Source of the DNA: Octopus sinensis
Taxonomy: Eukaryota
Direction of reading: 5' to 3'
Length of the DNA: 64,000 bases
Assembly: GCF_006345805.1 (NCBI RefSeq)
Contig: NC_043005.1
Location: 80,414,001-80,478,000, forward strand
A program made the position numbers and the translations under genes. Positions 54,711 to 64,000 of the stretch are shown here, one piece after another. Numbering within the stretch: position 1 is the first letter of the stretch; each line of letters starts with the position of its first letter. The notes beneath the pieces were generated by a model that was not told the origin of the DNA, did no database searches, and saw nothing but the letters and a program-made list of their open reading frames with translations.

Positions 54711-55228
54711 GTAAGGATAACATCCTTTAACCATAAAATGATATTTGAACAAGCCTCTTCAAGGCATACCAGACAAGCCACCTATACTTCTACGTATCTC
54801 TGTCCACAACGGCACTTTACTTGAATGATCATTGGTAGCAAAAAACTTGAAATATTTCGATCATGTTTGATCAGGTGGTACTAACAAGTCAGACATAACC
54901 AGAGACATCTTTGGCTAAAAAATTGTGGTAGTTTTGTAAGATTGTAACAACTTGCAAGGCACTTAATGAAAAAGCCAAAATTTCGCATGGTCCAGGAATC
55001 GAGAGCAGGATCTTAGGTTTATGATCTCATCAAATTGACACATACATATACGTATCTTTATATGTATGTGTGTGTGTGGATATTTATATATATATATATA
55101 TATATATCAACAATCAAGGAACGGCCATGATAGGCCATTCACCCACTAGAAATAACAGCCAAAGCTTCAACCGCAAATAAAGATTAATTCCGTAAACAGG
55201 AGAAAATTTAAAAAACATTTACCCTGTA

Positions 55229-55335
55229 ATTTCTTGTACGATGCACCGTTTCATCTGCTGTTTAATGGTAAACTAACCTGATTAAATTAAATCAAGCCAA
55301 TCTTCCATAGGCCCTCAGATTCTTCAGCAAGAAAT
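55229..55335 (-). ncRNA. Type I hammerhead ribozyme, left-arm copy
   Basis: Minus strand: ATTTCTTG-CTGAAGA-ATCTG-(58 nt)-CAGAT-GAAA-CG-GTGCAT-CG-TA/CAAGAAAT. Predicted cleavage between 55237 and 55236. Confidence 0.85.
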
Positions 55336-55674
55336 AGCCAAGTCGGAACAGATATTTTCACGAGGCATTTCCGACCCTGCCAAGGTAATATCTGACCTAA
55401 AATTTTCAAATCGTCGCACTCGCGCCAAATTTATCGGCAGCAAATAAATATAAGCCGTCGATTCCATTACGGAATTAACCAGAAAATTCATAATTAATCA
55501 ATATAGGGTGGCAAAAAAATTTTGTAGAATTCTTTTTGCCACCAGCGGCCTAGTGGGAAAAAATTAAATAGTCATAGACCATTTTTAAGTTCAACATCAA
55601 CAATCAAGGAACGGCCATGATAGGCCATTCACCCACTAGAAATAACAGATTCTTCAGCAAGAAATAGCCAAGAA

Positions 55675-55776
55675 TTGCTGAAGAATCTGAGGGCCTATGG
55701 AAGATTGGCTTGATTTAATTTAATCAGGTTAGTTTACCATTAAACAGCAGATGAAACGGTGCATCGTACAAGAAAT
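55675..55776 (+). ncRNA. Hammerhead ribozyme with 5'-truncated stem I at the inversion junction
   Basis: Core CTGAAGA 55678-84, GAAA 55753-56, GTA 55766-68. Only TTG/CAA (3 bp) of stem I remains in cis. Confidence 0.65.
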
Positions 55777-56158
55777 TACAGGGTAAATGTTTTTTAAATT
55801 TTCTCCTGTTTACGGAATTAATCTTATTTGCGGTTGAAGCTTTGGCTGTTATTTCTAGTGGGTGAATGGCCTATCATGGCCGTTCCTGATTGTTGATGTT
55901 GAACTTAAAAATGGTCTATGACTATTTAATTTTTTCCCACTAGGCCGCTGGTGGCAAAAAGAATTCTACAAAATTTTTTTGGCACCCTATATTGATTAAT
56001 TATGAATTTTGGTTAATTCCGTAATGGAATCGACGGCTTTATATATTTATTTGCTGCCGATAAATTTGGCGCGAGTGCGACGATTTGAAAATTTTAGGTC
56101 AGATATTACCTTGGCAGGGTCGGAAATGCCTCGTGAAAATATCTGTTCCGACTTGGCT

Positions 56159-56264
56159 ATTTCTTGCTGAAGAATCTGAGGGCCTATGGAAGATTGGCTT
56201 GATTAATTTAATCAGGTTAGTTTACCATTAAACAGCAGATGAAACGGTGCATCGTACAAGAAAT
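56159..56264 (+). ncRNA. Type I hammerhead ribozyme, right-arm copy
   Basis: Stem I 56159-66/56257-64 (8 bp), CTGAAGA 56167-73, stem II 56174-78/56236-40, GAAA 56241-44, stem III 56244-46/56253-55. Predicted cleavage after A56256. Confidence 0.87.
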
Positions 56265-56581
56265 TACAGGGTAAATGTTTTTTAATTTTCTCCTGTTTAC
56301 GGAATTAATCTTTATTTGCGGTTGAAGCTTTGGCTGTTTTCTAGTGGGTGAATGGCCTATCATGGCCGTTCCTTGATTGATGTTGAACTTAAAAATGGTC
56401 TATGACTATTTAATTTTTTCCCACTAGGCCGCTGGTGGCAAAAAGAATCTACAAAATTTTTTTGGCACCCTATATTGATTAATTATATATATATTATATA
56501 TATAAATATCCACACACACACGATATTGAAGATTTCATCTGAATGAAACAGTTCTAGTCCTGTAGAAGCTCTTTCTATAAA

Positions 56582-56620
<39 letters not shown>

Positions 56621-56798
56621 GGTTTGGAGATGACGTACAGGTATTTTATATTAGAAGAAATGAGGTACTCTGAAATTCGGTTGGTTTTATATTTACAGAT
56701 ATTTATTTGTATATTACATGTTTTCATACATACATTGAACTCTGTACATTAGACTCACATATCAACCACATTAAAGCAGATTACTTCTTCTTTACTAG

Positions 56799-56831
56799 AT
56801 ATGCTCTGTTTATTTACCTGTGTCGATTCAG
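56799..56831 (+). CDS. Candidate 33-nt microexon, copy 2 (phase 2: YALFIYLCRF; phase 1: DMLCLFTCVDS)
   Basis: ctcac motif, ttacttcttctttactag acceptor and CAG|gtaagg donor. 24/33 identical to 54678. Confidence 0.4.
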
Positions 56832-56906
56832 GTAAGGGGAAATCCCTTAACCATAAAATGATATTCGAACATTTCTTCTAATATATATATATATATACAC
56901 ACATAC

Positions 56907-56943
<37 letters not shown>

Positions 56944-57317
56944 GAAGAAAGTGAGAAAGGGAGAAATATAGATATATAATTGCATATATATACATGCATA
57001 TATATTCCGAATTGAGTTCCACTGTGTGGGACCTTCGGAAGTGTCTTCTACTAGCCTCGGGCCACCAAAGCTTTTGTGGGTGGATTTGCTAGACGGAAAG
57101 TGAAAGAAGCCTGCCGTACGTATATCTGTATATCTATCTCTCTATCTATATATATATATATATATATGCACATATACATATATACGAGTGAGTAGACAAA
57201 CGAAATAAGCGTGCTCAACCAATTTATTGGTAGTTACATATATGGATCAAAATAGTTTGATTTAAATTCGCTGGCTATCTTGTGTTTAAACCTGATGCTA
57301 GTCATCAGCATATATAT

Positions 57318-57360
<43 letters not shown>

Positions 57361-57362
<2 letters not shown>

Positions 57363-57595
57363 TTTATTGCCCACAAGGGGCTAAATACAGAGGGAACAAA
57401 CAAGGACAGACACTGGGATTAAGTCGATTACATCGACCCCAATGCGTAACTGGTACTTAATTTGTCGACCCCGAAAGGATGAAAGGCAAAGTCGACCTCG
57501 GCGGAATTTGAACTCAGAACGTAACGGCAGACGAAATACCGCAGACGAAATACGCATTTCGCCCGGCGTGCTAAAGTTTCTGCCAGCTCGCCTCG
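57361..57595 (-). mobile_element. Young Nin/Deu-like SINE with a 13-bp internal duplication
   Basis: Near-identical to 45890/47480; gcagacgaaatac is repeated at 57527 and 57541. Confidence 0.88.
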
Positions 57596-57976
57596 TTCGG
57601 AATGTAAAATGTCAACCCCACCAGTCTTTCGTACAGTTGTATTCAATTAACATAATCTATAAATGTACTTATCCTTTTGTTAACTGCAATGTAAGGAAAA
57701 CAAAATGAAGGAAGCCGCTACTATTTCTTACATAAAATCCCTAAATTGTTGTTGTTCTTTACTTTTTACATTCTCGGATTGGCCAAATTTTATTTTGCAC
57801 TATTGTATGTGTTCCCATCATTTGTCACGAGGTAAATAAAAAGTGTTGAAGACACTTCGGGAAGATAACTTTAGGGTGCTGAATCGGTTGAGGATATTCT
57901 CTCAACGAAATCAAATGCTGATTCATGCCCTAACCTAAAGCTAAACTCTGAAATATATGAGCCCCTACTGTGAAAA

Positions 57977-58047
<71 letters not shown>

Positions 58048-59058
58048 GATCAAACCTTTATATATCTACATATCTCTCTACATATGTACGTATCATACTG
58101 TCTGTATTAGTCACATTTCTCTCTCTCTCTCTCTTTCTTTCCATCTCTCTTTCGCTCTATTTTTCCTTCTTTCGTTGTTCTTCTTTCTCTTTTGCTTGCT
58201 CGCCCGCTCTACGCAAGAGATTTTTGCCTATGGCAGTTCCCTAAAGAAGAGGATTAAAGAGCTAATGATTCAATTCCATAGAGGGTACTTAACATGTAAT
58301 CGAAATCCGTGTTGGCAATGCTAGTTTCTACATTATGTTTTATACGTTGTTTCTTTTTCTTTTTTTTGCTTTGTTGAATACATTTTATTACATTTTCCCA
58401 GGCGTGTGTGGTGTATCATCACAACTTTTAAAAAATTTTTTATCCTTTTTTTTTTTAATTCTGCCTTTTGAACGACCAGTGGAGTTCTGCTCCAGAAATC
58501 GCCAGCAGGTTCGGATAATATTAATGAAAGGAAAAGAAAAAGTACAATGCATACATACACGACAGAAACGTACTGACACGCTATTCTTTGTCAATGGAAG
58601 AATTGTGAATATCCATCAAAACAATAATATATCTTTTGTTCTTGGTTTTTCTTCCTTTTGCTATTTTAATTAAATATTATGTAATCCACATGATCCGCAA
58701 ACTTCGGATAGAGTTTTTTTTCTTCTATCAGTATACGAAAAGAAAATTTAAAAGAACACCTTTACGTAATCAACTTTGTAAAACGTAACCAGAAAACATA
58801 GGTAATTTTTTTCTAGACAAAGTAATGATTAAACGGTGTAAAAAAACTTTATGACCTCATATTGTCAATAATAGTTTGATCCCCCAAATTGTTCTGTAAC
58901 AAGGCAATGCTAATAGTTTCAAAGCATAAAATGCAATTAGCGAGTCTGGGGAAAGGGGTTGGTCGATTACATCGACCCCTGTACTCAACTGGTACTTATT
59001 TTATCGATTCCGAATGAAGGAAACGCAATGTAAACCTCGGTATCAATGACAACCTTAT

Positions 59059-59160
<102 letters not shown>

Positions 59161-59161
59161 G

Positions 59162-59198
<37 letters not shown>

Positions 59199-59374
59199 TT
59201 GTATATATACATGTATGTATGTATGCATATATATACACATGCATACATATATATATATATGTATGTATGTATATAATGTTGAAACATGTAAAAGGCCAAA
59301 CAATACAAATAGATTTTAAGATGAGGTAACGTAAACTAAAAGTAAGTTACGTGGTAATCTTTGTTCTTATGTGT

Positions 59375-59413
59375 ATCCAATATTTCGGGACATACAAGTC
59401 CTTCTTCAGGGTT
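59375..59413 (-). ncRNA. PLE-type minimal hammerhead with intact core
   Basis: Minus strand: aacc-CTGAAGA-a-GGAC-ttgtat-GTCC-c-GAAA-TA-TT-ggat, with a palindromic ATAT stem III and weak stem I. Confidence 0.5.
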
Positions 59414-59750
59414 AAAAAGGAACTGTCCTTGGTTAGATATTTCTTGTCGGAGATAAAATAACTTTATGTCTATATTTGAATCTTCAAGCGTTTCTCTTCT
59501 TCGTGAATGTTAGTGACGTCAATTATTAACTTATCGCTCCATAAATTAATTTTCATTACCTCGTTTTTAATATGTAGCAAATGGGCTTGTGTGTGTGTAT
59601 GCCATGTTATGTTTTGCGTGCCTAGAGCCAAACTATTATTTATTTGTAGGTTTAATTTATAGATAATCAAAACTTCCTTAATTCTTAAGTTGCCGAGATT
59701 TCAATGATTTGCTTCAATAGTAACTTTAATTTGTTTGTCGGTATTTTTAC

Positions 59751-59801
<51 letters not shown>

Positions 59802-59818
59802 CATATATATATATATAA

Positions 59819-60920
59819 TCCGGAAAATATTAACAAGCACGCATAATTTCCACATAAACATAGACCGCCTCTACCTAGAACGAAAACAATGCGGCAGATA
59901 CTTTACATTAGTCCAAAATGCCTTTGAATGTCGCCTCATATCCCTTCGGCAACGCCTTTTAAACACCAAGTATTGAAGTGTATCACTTGACCAAGTTTGC
60001 ATACTGATAACATAATAAAACTTGGAAGGTTACTCGTTGAGCAGCACTCTTTGTCTGATAGCCTAGAATACCTACCCAAAGAAGTCGCAAGATCCTACCG
60101 CAACGTATCATCAGATGAAAGGGTGAGAGTATTTGAGCTGAAGACTATGCATGGTTGTGTTACTAGAAAGCTCCGTGATTATAGTAACATCGATCCTCGA
60201 AGCTGTTTATCATGGACAAATAGCCTGATTACTACCTACCATTTTGAAGGATTTGCGTTTGCATTTAAGTAACAGGAATTATCAACGCAGTATTTGATAC
60301 ACAAAAGGGATAGAGATTCACGTAAAGCCGTAAAATGTGACAACCGGTGCAGACTTTGCGGAGTTCGCACTGAAGATATCCCCCACATCATAAGCAGTTG
60401 TCCGAAAATGTCATCACGGTATTATCTACCGATGACAAATAATGTTGTAACTAGGACATTCGATAAAGAAATCTGTCGGACGGATAATCCCGAGGACAAA
60501 GAAATAAGAACCTACAATATCGTGGAATCTATAGCCACTCATAATAAAAAAGAATATTGGTGGAATACCAGTGAAGATCTCAATAAAATGTAAGCACAAC
60601 AGATCTGATATAAGGATTTGTGCACAGTTATGGAAATTAGCTGACAACCGGGTGTTAACATAAAGCTAAAGATCAGTGAAAAAGAGAACACCTATGTTGA
60701 ACTATTGAGAAATTTGCAGTTACTGTATCCAGATTACAATTTCAGGCTTATGTCTGTAATTATTGGTGCCCTGGAATATGTAACACACTGCCTAAATAGC
60801 AATCTTGAGAAATTAGGCTTCTTAAAACCAGAAAGGAGAAAGCTAATTCGAAGACTACAGATCCAATTCATCACTGGAAATGTAAAAATCTGTAACACTT
60901 TCCTGAAAGTTATCATATAA
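59819..60920 (+). mobile_element. Degenerate R4/Dong-like REL LINE 3' fragment (second subfamily)
   Basis: NIDRLYLERKQCGR, HFEGFAFA, CRLCGVRTEDIPHIISSC (CCHC), KHNRSDI, SVIIGAL, then a C-terminal stop. Several stops and frameshifts. Confidence 0.85.
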
Positions 60921-61439
60921 CTATATATGAGCATTCTTATATATACAAGTATATGCATGAGAATAAATACATAAAACATATAAATCTGCACATACATACA
61001 TACGTACATGCATACATACATGCATACATGCATACATACATAGATATACACATAAAATGCACGCATGAATACATTCATACATACATACATATATACATAC
61101 ATATATACAGACAAAAATACCCTGTTGTTGATGTTGAAATTCCAATAAAGGAGTCTTGAATCTAAGTTAAAAACCGGTTCTTTCTCTATTAGCAGGAAAT
61201 CTTGAAATAAAACTGGATAATGACATATATATATATATATATACACATACAAACATACATACATACATACATATACATACATACATACATACATACATAC
61301 ATACATACGTATATGACTATGCGCATGCACATTGCACATCCTAATGAAGGTACATAGGACGGTATGATTGTTAGCGGGTATCGATGTTTAAATATATTCA
61401 TAAAACTATATTATTTATACTCGTACATAGATAGATAGG

Positions 61440-61540
<101 letters not shown>

Positions 61541-62051
61541 GTTCAGCTAAACTAAAAGTATATTCATTGAGTATTATAATAACATCAAGCATCGTTTCTT
61601 TTTTACGGAGATCAACTACAAATGTATGATAATCAATACTTTCTTATAAAAAGCTTATAAAAACGGTCTTTCATATTTCTGCTTGCCTAAATACAATTTA
61701 TTACTTTCAATGACATTAATTATCTTCGACGCCAAATATTTTAAATGATAACAGACAATGATATAGGTAGCATTTGTCCAGTTTTTTTTTACATCGCTTT
61801 GTACTTTGTGTCTTTGTTAGTTGCCCATAGAAGAGTACTTAATTAGCCGCTTGATGTCGATGCTTAAAAATGATCAGACTATCTGTTAAAATCCATTCTT
61901 TAAGAGACATATACCACATTAATCATAAAGGGATTGGAAGTTTATAAAGTTTCAAAATAACCTGCGAAACTTAATTCGCAAATATTTTAGATGCCAAAAG
62001 AAGGCTTGTGTACCGTTGTATGTGTTGATGCAAGCACATACCAATAAACAC

Positions 62052-62143
<92 letters not shown>

Positions 62144-62465
62144 CTAATATAGGATGAAGATTTTTTACAGAAAAAATTTTATCAAAAAAGTGGTAGCATA
62201 TAAAAATATTTTTAAAGGTTAAAATTATAAACAACTTATAAACATGGGCAAGAGAAAATTATTTCTATGCTAATATGCTGATAACAGACTTTTAAATCGT
62301 CAATTTCCACATATTATTATATACTTATATATTATTATATACCATATTTCTGTAGTGGGTATATAATAATATGTTGAAACTGACGATAAGATAAAACGGT
62401 AAGATAACAAAAGAAAGAAAGAGACCTCAATATTATGTAAATAGAGTAAATTTATCTATAAAATT

Positions 62466-62711
62466 ATATGTTACATTTACTCAATAGTCAAGATAAAACT
62501 CTGAGTTTCAGATGCCGAAGTGGAAATCCACAACACCATTTTTTCGGTTATGTGGCCATCTGAAAAACGCTATGAAAAAATACCGTTATAATGGTATTTT
62601 TTCATAGCGTTTTTCAGATGGCCAGATAACCGAAGAGATGGTGTTGTGGATTTCCACTTCGGCATCTGAAACTCAGAGTTTTATCTTGACTATTGAGTAA
62701 ATGTAACATAT
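62466..62711. repeat. 246-bp near-perfect palindrome of a Penelope-like terminus with a hammerhead-like motif
   Basis: 123-bp arms, zero loop centred at 62588/62589, four mismatches. The right arm contains AGATAA-CCGAAGA-GATG..CATC-T-GAAA-CTCAGAG-TT-TTATCT. Confidence 0.9.
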
Positions 62712-62713
62712 TA

Positions 62714-62752
<39 letters not shown>

Positions 62753-63869
62753 ATAGAGAGGAATTTAATGTCCAGGCCGGTAGCATTCAAGCATTCAAGT
62801 ACTTAGTTATAATCCGCAGTTCGCTTCAATCCATTTTAGTGGGTACACCTTGTATAAAGGTGCATAACATTATCACTATTTGACAGTAACTAGATTCGAC
62901 TACAATTGCAAGATGTTAATGCAGCAGAAATATGCGTAAGGCAATTTTCAATCAAATATGTTTTAACTGATTTTCTAAATGGTGATAAAAATAGTTATGC
63001 GGGTATACAGTTCCAATGGAGGGAAACTCAGCATTTTCCAATAAACCATATATACAGGAATATTTTTTACAGAAGCTCCGTAAAAGTCTACACACTGCTG
63101 CTGCCCCGATATGAAGAACGTTATAACTCACAATAGTCTCCAAGAGACCCTTTCCAGTTGTAACTGTTGACACTCTGAAGCTTGCTTACTTGTCCAGCCG
63201 TGTATGATAAATTCTGTCATATAGGAGGCTGAATTTACAGCTACGCTCCAAGACAAATCAATTGAAAAGAATAATTATATCGGGTTATGTGAAGGGAAAA
63301 TCAAGAGGCGTTATGCCAACAAGCCTATCTTCTTACCGGCACATCGATTAAAAATAAATTAACTATTCACGCATGGAATTTGAAGAGCAGCTCCACACCA
63401 TATACAATTAAGTGGAGAATAGTGGAGAATTTCCAAGTCATATTCTAATGGATCTAAGAAATACAACTTATGCGTTGCGGAAAAATCTCATAATCTTCAT
63501 AGTTCCAGCAATTCCAACACTTAATTCGAGATCGGAAATTTTTAGCATGTGTAAACACATGGACAGGTTTCTTTTATTGAATTGGAGAGTTTCGTTTGCT
63601 CTGGACTGAGTGCCTCGCAGATTTTGACATATTTTCTGTTATTTTGTTCTAAACTAGTTGTATTTAATGAGCTTTCTGCATGAGGGAGGATGAGGAGCTT
63701 ATATTTTTTTTATTTTTTCCCAGATACTTACACATATACACATATATGAGCATGCATTTTGTGTATGAATTTATGTTTAAATAATGAGAAATCATTTATA
63801 TAACTTTGCTTTAAATGAAATATTGCATTGTAATTGTGTCTCTTAAAACTAAAGGGTAATGGTAAAGAG

Positions 63870-64000
63870 CCCTTTCGGTCATGAATGACCATATGATTGC
63901 GCCTAGAAAGTTATCCTCTGAGGCACAAATCTGGGCATGTTTGGCTTTTTTAAGGAAAAACCAGAGGTCGCCAATACATACAACCCTCCTCTTCCCATGC
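63870..64000 (-). mobile_element. 3' part of a CORE-like SINE (family of 6329)
   Basis: ggtcatgaatgaccat...cctagaaagtta...gaggcacaa is the reverse complement of the 6560-6660 tail. Confidence 0.65.

Larger units (their letters stand above)
55106..56484. mobile_element. Head-to-head array of 490-bp hammerhead-containing monomers: candidate non-LTR retrozyme
   Basis: The unit start atcaacaatcaaggaacggcc occurs at 55106 and 55596. The arm inverts at 55675 and gives about 1.65 reverse-complement units. Each unit contains a full type I hammerhead; both outer ends abut (TA)n. Confidence 0.85.

Noticed and set aside
55142-55557. CACTA-type MITE reading of the 490-bp unit (cccactag...ctagtggg)
   Set aside because: Only an 8-bp match with no TSD. 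The inverted repeat is better explained as a nested helix of the ribozyme-bearing monomer.
56098-56155. HDV-like ribozyme suggested by crossing helices and a cctcgt motif
   Set aside because: No P3 pairing, no P1.1 and no P4/catalytic C segment can be placed.

Overview
AT-rich, microsatellite-saturated animal genomic DNA. The SINE, Penelope and TAA-targeting LINE repertoire best fits a coleoid cephalopod such as Octopus; this is inferred from repeat recognition, not from a database search. I recognise no host protein-coding gene. Most ORF-track entries are translations of simple repeats; the real coding remnants belong to transposons: two R4/Dong-type REL LINE 3' ends, a full-length decayed Tigger/pogo element and a mariner fragment. 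Many tRNA-derived SINEs, several MITEs and Penelope-like (PLE) tails with minimal hammerhead motifs are present. The main discovery is a 490-bp tandem-monomer array at 55106-56484, arranged as a head-to-head fold-back. Each monomer carries a complete type I hammerhead ribozyme (8-bp stem I, CUGAAGA core, 5-bp stem II, GAAA, stem III, GUA cleavage triplet), which is the architecture of a non-LTR retrozyme (self-cleaving, circular-RNA-forming retroelement). The array lies between two duplicated 33-nt microexon-like cassettes. A second head-to-head PLE-hammerhead palindrome (246 bp) lies at 62466-62711. Homopolymer indels in otherwise young elements suggest residual long-read consensus errors, so single-base frameshifts should be treated cautiously.
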